A stretch of DNA of 64,000 nucleotides from the human T2T-CHM13v2.0 reference genome, Homo sapiens, in assembly GCF_009914755.1 (NCBI RefSeq), contig NC_060940.1. One strand, written 5' to 3'. Positions 1-14,925 of this stretch are shown piece after piece; the first letter of the stretch is position 1; each line of letters opens with the position of its first letter. A program made the position numbers and the translations under genes. The notes beneath the pieces are model-generated. The model was not told the origin of the DNA. It saw nothing but the letters and a program-made list of their open reading frames with translations, and made no database searches.

Positions 1-44
1 TCCCAAAGTGTTGGGATTATAGGCGTGAGCCACCGGTCCTGGTC
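1..44 (-). mobile_element. Alu 5' end, cut by the window edge
   Basis: tcccaaagtgttgggattataggcgtgagccacc. Confidence 0.9.
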
Positions 45-1288
45 AGAACTTTTACTCTTAATATCTAAATACCTTTAAAGCATCACACGCACTGTAGGTA
101 TCATTACATTTGTTTGCTATTCTGTCAAAGAGATAGTACAGTATTGGGGATATGGTACCAAATATCCTGGGTTTGAATTTGGTTTCTGACAGTTGCTACC
201 TGTGTCACTTTTGGGTGGATGCCTTATTGCTTCTAGCTTCTGAGTATCTAGTTTTCTCTACCTCTCGGGTTACCACAGGACTGAATAAGACAAAGTGTAA
301 TTATTTATGTTGTAAACTCCAATGTACTACTTGAATATTACTATAAAATTATAGCAATTGGTAGAGAAGCCCGTGTTTGTACCATCAAGACCTTGCATTA
401 TTTTCCCAGGTTTGATTATTCTTACCGAATGTGTTGGTAATCCCCCTCAGCCTTCCGGTTTCCGAACAAAAAGCCTTCCACTTACATGAAGGAGCATTTC
501 CAAGCGGCTCCCTCCGTGCCCCACATCATTATACTCAGGACCCTCTGAGGGCAGGAAACCTGTAGCTTCCCTGCAGCTTTCAGTAGTGTTTCCCTTTTAT
601 CTTCCAAAATGAAAATTCTTCTCTAAATCTCACATCAGGTACAGTTGTCTGGCTAAACCATTCACAAACAATTTTTTTTTCTGTTTCTTACGGCTGGAAA
701 AGCTTAATATGTTTCCAGCCATCTTTGCAAACTAGGCAGGGACCTTGTGGCATGTTCCGGATGTTGAGAGGTAAGCATACATTTATTGGGGGCTGGGAAT
801 GCTTTTGACTTCTTGATAAAGAGATGTGAAGGGCCAATGCCACTTCCATCTATCCATCCTTCTTCCTGTTCGAATGTCGCTGTGATGTCTGGAGCTGGAG
901 CATCCATCTGGCAGTGAGTGATAGGTACCAAAGACAAAAGCCAACATACTACAAATGATGGAGTGGGAAAGAGAAAGGGCTGGTTCCCTATAATACATTG
1001 TTTATTTGCTGAATATTTTCCTATCATTCTGAATATACACATTTTTTTTTTATGTTTGGCATCCATTCAAACAAAGTCTTATCTCTCAGGCTCGACACAC
1101 AATGCAATGTATTACCTGGCCACTCTGACTTTCTAATTTTATCTCCTGCCTGCTTTCCTGTAACTACCATGTTCTCTATATATGTGAATGCACATGCCCC
1201 GACTCTGAGCTTCAAGCAAGCTTTTCACTTTGGGGGGTGCCTGTCCCTGTTTTCTTTGTCTGACTAACTTTAACTTAAAACTCACACC

Positions 1289-1581
<293 letters not shown>

Positions 1582-3329
1582 TCACACCATGTGTCATTAA
1601 GTTGAGAAAACTCTTCCAGACCAACCCTTTTCCTGAGTCTCTCCTGCAATATGGGCTAGCCAACCTCCTGGGTGGTTGCAAAGCACCTGTTCATATCTCC
1701 CATAGTACTCAGAGCACTCTATGACCATCATTAACAAGTCTCTCCCTCTTATTAGGTAGTAATTACCCGAGAACAGGGGCAATGCTGTATTTCTAGCACT
1801 CAACTTGGAGCCGATCCAATAATCAATGCTCAAGAAAGGTTTGTTGAAATGATGAATGAATAACAGAGTATTTTCCATTGGAATTTGTTATTTCTACTTA
1901 TGGATCTAACAGGAGCCATGCATACCTCATTGCAGGATGTGGTCTTTTGCAGTTTTCTACAAATAGTGTGTAGACTTTGGGGAACATGGCAGTAAACTGG
2001 ATAGAAGTGCACAGGGAATAATTATACCATGAGCCTTACATCCTTTTCTCAGCTGGCTGGGGTATAAATATGCTTGGAATCCGTTTTTCTTAAATACATT
2101 GCCTGATACATTCCCAAAGAACATTCCCATGATTCTCAAACGCCTCAATTATTCATCCATGCCAGCCTGGTTTTTCAATACTAGAAAGAATACATTATCT
2201 GCTGCAATATTGGACATCCCCTTTTTTGAAATAATTTTCAATACCTTAAACTTAGTTAGTCTCAGCATTCCTCCTTGGGATGTCTATGAAGCTTATATAT
2301 TGTCAACTACAAATTTAATAGTTTGTCCCTAGCCTTTGTTTTCCGAGTATAATCCATTTCTCCATCAATGACACACAGAAAAAAGAAAAAATAACTCTCT
2401 TCAACCTTCACCACTAGTCAGTCCCAGACCAGCCAATTTTATGGATCTACTTTAAATTATTGCACCTTCTTAGAATTCTTGGTTTTATCGGTGTCTATGG
2501 CTTGAGCATACAAGCTCTGTTAAAGTACAAAGCACTTGAAGATACAGATGATATACTAACAGCAGGAATAACGTGAGAGAGAGGCATAATGTGCTTGTAG
2601 CTGTGTGGGTTCAATGCAGAGGGAGACAGGCATCCTGGCAATTCAGTAGGAGCACGGTGTTTAGGTTAACTTGGCTAAAGCAGTGACTTTGAGTGTACTC
2701 AAACAATCTAGCTGGTTAAGCTAGACTTGCTGTGCCTGAAAGATCACATTCAGGTAGGCTGAGGTATTGGCATTAATTGAAGTGTTAATCTAGCAAGGAG
2801 TGTCTTAGGCTCATTATTACTACAAGAATGCCTGCAGTGAAAAAAGTGGGATTGGAAGAAACTACCCCAGCCAATGAGCATAAGGTGGGGGATAAGGGTT
2901 GGGAGCTAAGGAAGCATAGTGATTAAAACATGGGCTTTAGAATTAGAACAATTTTTGGTTCTCCCACTCACTACCTGGGTAGATTTGGTTAGCTGGGAAA
3001 GAAACTAGCAGTTTCTTCATCTCTGAACTGGGAAAATCCTGCCATGAGGATTAATTGAGGTAACAAGAATTATACCTCAATTGATAGCAGCTTCTGGGGT
3101 ATGAGGATGGTGGGAAACAGAAGTAGCCACTGCTTGTAAGAGTTCATAGAGTAGGCACTCTGAATTCCTTAGAAATTGTTCAGAGTGGTTAAGGATTCAT
3201 GCATTCATGCACATTTTCTTTCAGCCACACTGGCCACTTTGTGATTTGCTGAATCTCCCTTTCCCAAATACAGGTGCCTCAGAGTCTTGACACTACTATT
3301 CTGTTTTCTGGGAACACTCTTTATCTTGG

Positions 3330-3770
3330 TGTTGCAGCTAGCTAGTGCTGCATAACAAAATGTCCCAAAACTTTGTGATTCAGAACAATACTGGTATATT
3401 ATTCCTCATGTTTCTGTGGAGAGGCTCTTCTGCTCTACTCACCTGGGTTCATTCATGCAGCTGCAGTCCTCCCACAGTCCATGGTGCCTCACTCACTTGA
3501 CTGGCCACTGGTCTGGCTGTTCACTGGGCCACCTCAGTCTCTTTGCATCATGGTGGTCCTGGGGTTCCAAGATGGTGAACAAAAGCAGGAACTGCAAGGC
3601 CATTTAGGGCCCAGGGTCAGAGACAGGCATAAAACCATTCTCCTACATTCTATTGGTCATGTTTACTTTATGTGACATTGCTTTGATCAGTAGCAAACCC
3701 AGATTCAAGGAGACAGGGAAATAGGCCCCACCTCTTGGGAGGAACAGCCACATCATGTTGATAACAGTCT
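3330..3770 (-). mobile_element. MLT1-type solo LTR
   Basis: gctgcataacaaaatgtcccaaaact...cattctattggtca...cccagattcaagg...ccccacctctt. Confidence 0.6.
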
Positions 3771-4166
3771 ATGGTATCTGGATATCAGCATGGCTCTCTG
3801 CCCCTGTCTTTCAGCTCCTGATCACCTTTTACAATAGGCTGTATTGCCGTCATGCTTTCTTGTAGGAGCAAAAGTTAACCCCTTGTTCCACTGTGCTTAT
3901 TGAGCACTTATTGCCACCTGACATGTTACACGTTTATTTGTGATATTCCAAAAAGTCCCCTTTTGGAATATCAGCTCCATGAAAGCAGGAACTTCATTGG
4001 TTTGTTCACTGCTGGATGTCCAGTTCCCAGGCTAATGGTATCCTGGGGACCCAGTGAGTATTGGTAGCATGCATGAATGCAGTCAATACAAAGGACATTT
4101 ATGTAGATATGATTAAAGGGATGTTTATCTTAAGCATTTTCAATAAGCCTCAAAAATGAACCGTGT

Positions 4167-4456
4167 GGTTGGGCACAGTGGCTTATGCCTATAATTCCAA
4201 CACTTTAGGAATCTGAAGCAGGAGGATTGCTTGAGGCTAGGAGTTTGAGACCAGCCTGGGCAACATAGCAAGACCCTACCTCTAGAAATAATTAAAAAAG
4301 AGATTAGCCAGGCTTGGCGGTACACACCTGTAGTCCTAGCTCCTAATGTGGGAGGATCACTTAAGCCCAGAAAGTTGAGGATGCAGTGAGCTATGATTGT
4401 GCCACTGCACTGCAGTGTGGGTAACAGAACAAAACTTGGTTTCAAAAAATATGTAA
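4167..4456 (+). mobile_element. AluJ-like
   Basis: Diverged dimer; TSD aaaaatgaaccgtgt (4152-4166) / aaaaatgaacagtgt (4457-4471). Confidence 0.88.
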
Positions 4457-4518
4457 AAAAATGAACAGTGTCTGTGTCACTGTGGGCTGGGATGTGAAAG
4501 CTGTTTGTGCTTTATTTT

Positions 4519-4825
4519 ATTTATTTATTTATTTTTGAGATGGAGTCTCACTGTGTCCCTCAGGCTGGAGTGCAGTGGCATGATCTCGGCACACTGCAAG
4601 CTCTGCCTCCCAGGTTCATGCCTATTCTTCTGCCTCAGCCTCTGAGTAGCTGGGACTACAGGCGCCCACGACCACATCCAGATAGTTTTTTTGTGTGTGT
4701 ATTTTTTAGTAGAGACAGGGTTTTACCATGTTAGCCAGGATGGTCTCGATCTCCTGACTTCGTGATTCAGCCGCTTCGGCCTCCCAAAGTGCTGGGATTA
4801 CAGGCGTGAGCCACCGCACCCAGCC
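4519..4825 (-). mobile_element. AluY-like
   Basis: Contains gcaagctc and ttagccaggatggtctcgatc; TSD tgtttgtgctttatttt (4502-4518 / 4826-4842). Confidence 0.9.
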
Positions 4826-5859
4826 TGTTTGTGCTTTATTTTTTTAAAGAAATAGACCCATGCACATGGCCCAAATCCTAAATGTGTATTTATTAGCTGG
4901 CAGCAGCAGGTTTTGTGTGGTCTTATTAGAAAGGATTGGCTGCTTTGATTTAGTAATGTGCAAGAGGATTGGGCTTCAGAGGGCTTAAAATTATTTTCAG
5001 CATTAAACACGGTATATCTGAGCTCATGCATCTAGTCTTGAATATAGATTCCCAGACCAGAAAGATTATAAGACATTAAATCTATGTAAATTCAACTATT
5101 AATTTATGTTTGAACAAATTCAACAAGAGATTTGACTTGGGGGCTTACAGGCAAATAGATTTGGTTGGGAAAAATGCATATTGCAGTCTTTAACCACGAT
5201 GCTGTATTTCCCTTGAAAATTCCACGGCTGAATGAATCTCTAACAGGTCACAGTTGAGAGCCCAAGCAATTATGCCAGAATGTGTTAATAATAAAACAGG
5301 AAAACGACAGTGTTTGTCTTGTAGAAGGATGAAAGCAGCTGTTGGTACCAATTCAGAAAAATGAGAACGGAACAGTAGGCTCTCATTGTTTGTGGTGCTT
5401 GGCAGGAAGAAAAGAAGGGGCTCTTCCCAGGAACTTCTCAGCCCAACACTTTCTCAGGCCCCTTTGCTGGTGACCAGTACTGTGGGTGCCACTGTCAACA
5501 TTTCACTCGGTGACAGAGGCAGGCAGATATAGTTTACAAGGCTACCCTGAGCAGGCGCCTGGGATGCCCGAGACATAATAAACGAGCTGCCTCTGCACGA
5601 TAAACGACAGCTGTGACTGAAGGAATAAACAGAATAATCTGGACTTATAGAAGCCACAGGGGGCTTTTGGCAGCATGCAAATGCACAAACTTATCAAATG
5701 TATCCTTTGAAAATGAAGAGCTCATTTAAAGCTGGCAGTCAAGGAAAAGTAGTCAAGCTTGTATTCTTGAATACATTTAGGAGCAAATGCTGGCAGGACT
5801 GCCTGGAAGCCCTGTAGCTTCCCTGGGTCTAGTAATAATAACAGTAACGATAATAATAA

Positions 5860-6100
5860 CAACAGCAAACATTGATTGCATCCTTACTATTTATCAGGCA
5901 CTTTGTATGCATTATGCCATTTAAACATCACAATCACATTAGTATTATAAGGCACCATTATTATCCCTGTTATACAAATTCAGTAAACTGAGGCTCAGAG
6001 AAGTTAAGTAATTGTCCAAAATTATCAGTCCAAAAAGTTATCGGTAGCAGAGCAAGGATTTGAACTGAGGCAGAACCTCTGCTGCTATAGGCAAAGCCAT
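5860..6100 (-). mobile_element. MIR (representative of roughly 20 MIR relics in the intron)
   Basis: MIR core aaactgaggctcagagaagttaagtaattgtcc; similar cores at ~16000-16480, 34880-35090, 45330-45570, 52750-52980, 55740-56140. Confidence 0.7.
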
Positions 6101-7381
6101 TCACATTAAAGAGGAAGGAAGGGAAGCTTCCTTTTGAGGACTGTGCATCTAGATCTGCCACCTGTCTCTGTTCTCGACTCTATTTCAGACAGTCTTAAAG
6201 GCTTTAGCACGGGAGCGGACTTAATGGAGGAAGTCAATGTAAACATGGATAGTAATGGGATCCGCTACTTTCTGAGCGCAATGGTCAGGCATGTTTTGGG
6301 GAGCCAATATTCATGATCTCATTTGATCTCTACAATAACTCTACCAAAAAAAGAGGTCCCATTGATAGCCTGGTTTTAAAGATGAGGACGCTGAAGCACA
6401 GATAATTCAAGTATCCTGGGGAGAAATTGGAAGAAAGGAAATTTGAACTTATCTGTCTGACAGCTCAAATACTATTACTCTTCAGAAATGCTCTTCACCT
6501 CTGCTTGGAGAGCTCCACCCACCTTGCTCAACGTGAGGTTCGAGGAGTCAGGACAGATTAGCTAGCTCCTTCCTTCCTTCCTTCCGTCCCTCACCAACCA
6601 ACACTTTTAGGAGACATACTTTTGCCTCCTTTGCTGCTAGAAAATGGCAGCACAGAAAAGAATAAAATTAGTCCCTACCTTCAAGTTTTGATTGATCTTT
6701 CATTACCTGCCCATTTGTGGAATGAACAAATGAATGAATGGATACCTGGTGAAAGCCTGAGGACGGACAGATCAGATAGCTAAAAGTTTTAGGGACCTGA
6801 CTTAAATTTGTTTCCCCTGAAAGCAGCCCCTGAAAGAATGGTGTGATAACAAGTGGTTCACTTAAGTACTGATCCCAGGAAACACAAATAGAGGCATGGA
6901 AGTTAGATAGAGAAGGCAGGAAAGCAAATGGCAAATGCACTATCAAGCAGGTCACCAGTGTGGGCAACGGAAACATAATTCCATTGAGAAACTCAGGGAG
7001 ACACAGTGGAGAATGTCTCAGGGCTACTCCAGCCAAGGGACAAGGGAGCTGAGGGATGTATTCACAATACACTTCAGTCACTGGTGGATGACTGCTCCCG
7101 CGGAGCATTAACTCTAAGGTACCTCCATTTTGCATAAACCCAACATGCTCCAGCAGCCAGAGAAAGACCTCAAGCAGAGAGTTACAGATGCCGGTTGTTG
7201 CTACTGATCAGGTTTGCTTTAGTGGGAATGGTGAGATTAGAGGACCTGGGTGGTGGATTGGATCAACAGCATCTGCAACATCTTGCTCATCAAAGTGCGT
7301 CCACGGACCAGCAGCTAAGAGCTTGTTGGAAATATACAGTCAGACTCCACCCCAGCCTTACTGAGTCAAAATCTGAATTTA

Positions 7382-7680
<299 letters not shown>

Positions 7681-8166
7681 AATTCAGATTTAACACTATC
7701 CCTAGATAATACCTAAACACATCAAAGTTAGAGAAGCACTGAGCCACAGGATTTTGTTTTTCTAAATATAATAATTCACTCAACAGATATTTACTGAGAA
7801 TCTCCAAGGTGCCAGGTACTCTGTGAGGTGCTGAAGAGTCAGGGATGGAAAAGTCCCAGGCTGGGCCCCTGAGGAGTTTATGCAAGTGGAGGCATTTCAA
7901 ATCCTGTGCAGTCTGTCCATTGATAAAGTAAGTATATAATGTCTTAGAAGATTCACTGTGGGGCATAAAACTCTGCTCAGGCTCACAGGATTGACAATGT
8001 CTAAACTGAGCCCTTAAAGACCAGGAGAAATTATCCAGGTGAAGAAATAAGAATGTTTTAGTTAGAGGAAATAGGGTGTATCAAGACCTGGAGGCCAGGA
8101 AGAGAACAAGCCACTTAGGAACTGCCGGTAGAGGTAGACCCCATGTACTTCAGGGAGTACATTCTT

Positions 8167-8472
<306 letters not shown>

Positions 8473-9845
8473 GGGAGTGCATTCTTTGAAATGGGAGGAG
8501 AGGTGGAAAGTAACTGAATTTCGTAGGAGTTTTACAATAGAGCCTCTATGGAGATGTGTTCTGGGCATCCTCTTCTGTCAATCACCTTTACGTTCCCTTA
8601 CAATTATTCAAACCACAACATGACTACAACCATTCTTCAAAGAGCCACACTTCCCAGGCTGCAGTTGCAACTACGTGGTCTTCTGTTATTTCTCAGTGGC
8701 TTGCTGCCTTTACCCTCTGTTTCTTTAACCATTTACTTAAAGGTGTCTTAACTCTTCCCTTCTCTTCCTGAGACACTCTTGTCTACCTTTTAGATCATCA
8801 CATATTTAAGGGAGCAAGTGATAGGATCAGAGAGACTGGGTTTTGAGTCTAGACTCCACTGTTACTCACTTGGGCACATTACCTAACATTTCTGCACCGT
8901 TATGTCCTCATTTGTAAATAATATTATGGTAGACATTACTCATGAATACCATATTTTCCTGTTTTCTCCTGGTACACTTCAAGCTTCCTTGAAATTAGGC
9001 GTGGTCATGTGACTTGTTTAAATCAATTAAAAATGGTACATGCTGCAGATGTTAAGAGCTGATACCTGATTTTCCATTCTCCCCTAACCTGAAGCAGCAA
9101 ACCTAGAGCTTTGTTTCAATGGTGGCTTCATTAGATGACAGAGCATCCGTCATCCTGGAATTCCAGGTGCCAACTTCATGGAGCAACCTTACCTCCATCC
9201 CCTTGCATCTTACCAAGTGCATTGTCCATGTTATAGAAACAAGAAATAAACCTTTGTTGTTTTAAGACACTGAGGTATGAGGATTGGTGGTTGCTACAGA
9301 ATAACTTGACCTGTTCTAACACAAGCATCCATCACAGGGGTTTGTCGTAAGAATGGGATGGGATAAGCATTTATGCAGTGCCAAGCACATAGAAAATGCT
9401 CAATGAGTGGAAGCCACTGTTAATGATATTCAAGGCCAAGGTGCCATGTCATAGATTCAGTGATGCTCTCCCTCGTCTGCTTCTGTCTCCTTACCTGACA
9501 TAATTAGCTGTGCCCTCCTCTGCCCTCTGACAGCACATAGAATCACAGCAGGTTTTGTGTTAGTCTCTTTCCCATACCAGCTCTTAGAATCTCTAAAATT
9601 GGAATGATGCCTATTATTTCTATCACTTATTCCCCAGATCTAGGCACAGTGCATTGCAATCAAGTGGATATTTGAAAAAACTTTTTGTACTAAATCGAGT
9701 GAGCTGCATTGATTTGAGTATTTCTGTAGCTATTGTGGCTAGCTTAAGCATTATATAGTTTCCCCTACTCAAACCTTTATTTTATTCTATTCATTAATTT
9801 TATCAAAGGCATCTGAAGCACTGACTATTCAGTGCTAATCTAGAC

Positions 9846-10061
9846 CAAGAGTCAACAATTTTTTTTTCCATAAAGGGCCAGGTGGTATATATATTAGATT
9901 TTGCAGACCATGAGGTCTTTGTCACAGCTACTCAATTCTTCTGGTGTAAAGTGAAACTGGCCACAGACAGTACAGAAATCAATTGGCATTGAATAAAACT
10001 TTATTTATAAAAGCAGATGCTGGGCCATATTTAACCCATGGACAATGTTTGGCTGGTCCTT
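9846..10061 (+). mobile_element. MER58A-like hAT MITE
   Basis: taaagggccaggtgg...aataaaactttatttataaaagcag; 8-bp TSD atctagac / gtctagac. Confidence 0.75.
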
Positions 10062-10989
10062 GGTCTAGACAGACACAGGCTGACATTCTTATATTCTAGT
10101 CCAGGGAAGAAAAAAAAAATAAACCAGGAAAGAGTTAAATAAAGGCAGTTATCTCACATGTGCCCTAAGTAAGAAAAAAAACAGTCATGTGATGATTGGT
10201 AGAGGGAGATTATAGGGCTACTTTATTTGGACTGTGAAGTTGACATGGCCTCTCTAGGGGAGATAACATGTGAAAGAAGCCCAAAGCAGCCTTGTGGGAT
10301 CCAGGGGGAAGAAAATTGCAGAGAAAATTATAGAATTACAGTAGAGTGTCAAATACTAGGGTCCTGAGACAGGAGTGAGCACAGCATGCTGAGGAACAGA
10401 AAGAGGGCAAGAATCTCGTGGTGAGATGGAAGATTTCCTGCAAAGTTTGGAGTTTGCCCTGATGGTCTGACTGACTTCCCTTGACTTAGCTTTATTGCTT
10501 TGTTCCTGGCCAGGTCCCCATGGGCTCTCTCCTGTAGTGCCAGTCTCTCCTGAGCATTTCCATCCTTCAGATGTCTATGAGTGGTTATTACACCTCCCTT
10601 TGGGCATTGCTTATCCAAGGTAAACAGACTTAATATGTTTAATCCCTCCCTGATGTTTCAGAGCCTCCAGCTTATGAGGCTCCAGCTTATCCTCCATCTA
10701 TGGAGACTTTAGGGGATTTCTTTTCTCAACACCGTCAGGGTCTGAAAAGAAATTTCTGAAAAGAAATAGCCTCTTTGCTGGAATTGGCTTTCTCCAGCCC
10801 TTCTTTCACTTGTTTTCTTTCTGAGTGCAAGTCTCAAAGCTCACATGCCAGCTAATCTCTCATTTTCTTTTCCTGTAAGATTGTAGGAACTGAAGTATTA
10901 AATGTTGCCTGATCTGAACAGTGATCATGCGTCTATCACCATCTTTATCTCCTGAGATCCTTATTGTGCCAATCAAATGGTTGAAAAAA

Positions 10990-11287
10990 ATTTTTTTTTT
11001 TTGAAACAGAGACTTGCTCTGTCACCCAGGCTCTGGAGTACAGTAGCATGATCATAGCTCACTGCAGCCTCAAACTCCTGGGCGCAAACCAAGCTAGGAC
11101 TACAGGCTCACACCTCCATGACTGGCTAATTATTTTAGTTGTTGTTGTTTTTTTTTTAATTTTATTTTGTAGAGACAGGGCCTTATTTTGTTGCCCAGGC
11201 TGATCTCAAAATTCTGACCTCAAGTGTTCCCCCTGCCTCAGCCTCCCAAAGTGCAGGGATTTCAGGCATGAGCCATCACACCAGGCC
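10990..11287 (-). mobile_element. AluJ-like
   Basis: Diverged antisense dimer with an internal deletion. Confidence 0.85.
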
Positions 11288-11966
11288 CCTAAGGGTTGGA
11301 ATTTGTTGTAGTTTCCTTTGTTCTTTATCCTTTGAGTTCCTGGTTGCTAATAGCATAATGCTCCCTGAAGAGACTGTGGCTGAACATTGCCTCCTCCATC
11401 CAGTGGCTCCACGGTGATGAGCACATGGCCTCTCAGTTATGACTCTTTGATGGAAAGTCATGTCTCTACTGGCCTTTTGCTCAACCGGCTTTCTGGAGAC
11501 TTTCTGGAGAGAGCTCAGCCTGGTGAAATGAAGCCAGGATTTAGATCCAGAAAAATTGGACTCAAATTCTGATGCTTCCTAGCAACTGTGTAATTTTGGT
11601 CAAGCATGGAAACACAACAGTAACACCCACTTCTCGGGATTGTGTAGACACTAATAAAGATGGCACATGTGAAAGTGAGTTCATTTGTGTATTCATTCAA
11701 GAAATATTTATCAAGTTTCTATTACATACCAGGCCCTGTATAGGGATCCAGAGATCCAGCAGTATCATAGATTATTAGTGAACAACATAGACCAAGCCAC
11801 TGGCAGAAAGAATGATAAAATCCTTCATTAAGAAATGAATACACATTCTGCTAGTACAGGAATTAGCTAATCAGTCCTATGAAAAACATATATATATATA
11901 TGTTATAAAAACAACTGACAGGTAGTTGGTTATAGGTGAAAAAATAGCTGATTAAAAGTCAGGCCA

Positions 11967-12255
11967 GGCCAGGCACAGTGGCTCACGCCTATAATCCCAA
12001 TGTTTTGGGAGGCCCAGGAGGGAGGATTTCTTGAGATCATGACTTCAAGACCAGCCTGGGCAACATAGCGAGACCCTGTCTCTACAAAAATTTTTTTAAA
12101 AATTAGCTGTGCATGGTGATGTGCACCTATAGTCTCAGCTACTTGAGAGGTTAAGGCAGGAAGACTGCTTGAGCCCAGGAGATTGAAGCTGCAGTGAGCT
12201 ATGATTGTGCCACTAAACTCCAGTCTGGGTGACAGAGCGAGACCCTGTCTCTTAA

Positions 12256-12293
<38 letters not shown>

Positions 12294-12308
12294 TAATAAT
12301 AAAATAAA
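11967..12308 (+). mobile_element. AluJ-like with a (TAA)n tail
   Basis: Dimer followed by ~14 TAA units (12257-12300). Confidence 0.88.
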
Positions 12309-12697
12309 CTTAGCCCAGCCAAGGTTCAAACCTTAGCTTTGCCAGTTCCCAGCTTTACCAACATGGACACATCAACTCATCTCTCTGACCCTCCATATTG
12401 TCATCTGTAAAATGCAGTAATGGGATGTACTGTCATGAGCATTGAATGCAATTTATCTAGGGCAGTCCTGGAATGCCATCTCCCCAGTTCATCCTAATTC
12501 CGAATTTTCTCAATTCACTCATGTCCCTTGCTCAAATGACACCTCTCCATTGCTCTATTTATGATCACTCGCCCTCTAGCCCTCTTGTTCTTTTTTATTT
12601 TATAGTCCTTATAAATATAAATATGAGAATATGTCACACATTTATTTGTTATCTATTGTCTGACTCGCTCAGTAGAGTGTCAGCACTATGAAGGTGA

Positions 12698-13026
<329 letters not shown>

Positions 13027-14011
13027 TAGATTTTGTTTGTTTTTCAAGCACCTAGAACAATGCCTATCACTTAATAGGTGCACAAGAAATATTTGATGAA
13101 TAAATGAAATGCACAAAGCCTTTTGACCCTTAATAAATATCAATCTCTTCCTTCATTCACTTCTGTCCTCATTGATTAGTCTCTGAATGTGTCTTCCATA
13201 ACTGCACCCCTCAGTCTTTTCTCTGTATTTTCTGACAACCTGATCTTGATTTTGTTGCATCTGCTCTGAAATGCATCTGCATTTATGAGCCCAGATGCAG
13301 AGGAGGCACTACCTGGGCTGTTGCCTTCTTTCTCTTCTCCTCCACTTCTCTGCTATCACTAAGTGAAAAATTTCTTCCTCCAGACCACCTCGTTGTTCAG
13401 GGATATTTTTTTCCAAGGCTTTCATGCAGAACATGCTGATTAATTGTTCTTCAAACATGTTTGGGGTTCCAGGTTCCACCTCTGTTTGTTATTGTGACAT
13501 CTGGAAGAGGAATGGTAATTAAGAGCTTGCTAGCATTTCATTTCCCTGATGGGACTTAGATTTATGTAATTTGACCATTAAAGTAGGTGGCAGACACATC
13601 ACTGGCCATGCAGAGTGGACACTTCCAAGGGGCTCAGATGTATTTACTTAACAGTGAATAGGATTTCAATCATCTGGACTTGGTTAGAGCAAGCCCCAAG
13701 CTGTGCTGGAAAGTAAATAATGAACCACCTGCTCACGAGAGGCCTTTTTCTTCCCATTAAGGGACAAGCTGGCATTGGGATTGGGATTCACCCAAGCCAA
13801 GGCCTCCTAATGGAACCTAATGGAACCAAGGAACACCTGGCATTCCGTTGACCTATCTCAACATCCCTGCCTCCCTCACTCCCTCAGCGTCCAAGCCATC
13901 AGCAGGTCCTCTGATTGAAACCCTTAAAGAGCTCTGAAATCTTTCCATTTCTCACTATCTCCACCACTATAGGCTAAGCTGATGACATCTCTTGCTTGGA
14001 TTATTGCAATA

Positions 14012-14238
14012 AGGCTGAGTATCCCTTATCTGATATGCTTGTGACCAGAAGTGTTTTGGATTTGGAATTTTTAAAAAATATTTGCATTATACTTACTGGC
14101 TAAAACTTCCTAATCAAAAAATTCAAAATCCAAATGTTCCAATCAACTTTCCCTTTGAGCACCAGGTTGGTGCCCAAAAAGTTTTGGATTTTGGAGCATT
14201 TTATATTTTAGAATTTTGGATTAAGGATGCTCAATCTT
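14012..14238 (+). mobile_element. Tigger4a (MER46A)-like TcMar MITE
   Basis: aggctgagtatcccttatc...ggatgctcaatctt with TA on both sides. Confidence 0.8.
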
Positions 14239-14669
14239 TAGCTTTGTTTCCTGACATTTCCACTCCAAATTATTTCGCTTTGCCCTGCCTCCACTCAATG
14301 CATTCTTCCCACAGTAGCTAGAGTGATGATTTAAAAACAAAATAGTTTTGATTATACCCATCACATCCCCAATTGCTTAAAAGCTTGCAATGATTTTCTA
14401 GTTCTTTCCAGAAAAAGATAATGTTCCCTAATGAGTGTGGCTTCTTCTGAGGTCCTGAGAGCCTCAATTCCTGCCTCCACATTCTTGTCTTTTTTCCTGC
14501 CACACTAGCCATTCACCCCTGCCCGGCATGCTATGGCTGCATAATCTGTTTGTGTATTGTATTCTCGTCCAGAACACGTGTTCCTCTTCCTCTAGGTAAT
14601 GCATTCATCATTCAGATCTCAGTTCAACTTAAACTGTTCTTTGTGGAAGTCTTCCCAGTCCTCCCAGGG

Positions 14670-14925
14670 ATTGTGGTGATAGTTTTATGTGATGATGTTT
14701 TGTTGGTTGTTGCTGTTGATGAGCTGTAATAATGTATGTTTAATTGTGGTGGTTAATTATTGTGTTGATTGCTTGAATTGGTTGTTTGGCTGCTGTGGTT
14801 TTTTGTGTTTGGTTGGTTGTAACAGTGGCTTGGTTGGTTTGTTGTGGTAATGTATAGTTGGTTGAGGCGAATGGTTGGTTATTTGATTGTGATAGTGGCT
14901 GGTAGTTTGTGATGATTGATTGCAG
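14670..14925. repeat. Degenerate (GGTT/GTT)n low-complexity tract
   Basis: ~250 bp, G/T-rich and strongly C-depleted on the + strand. Confidence 0.8.

Noticed and set aside
14670-14925. Possible mitochondrial insertion, given the strand skew
   Set aside because: No recognisable mitochondrial gene translation; it behaves as a decayed simple repeat.
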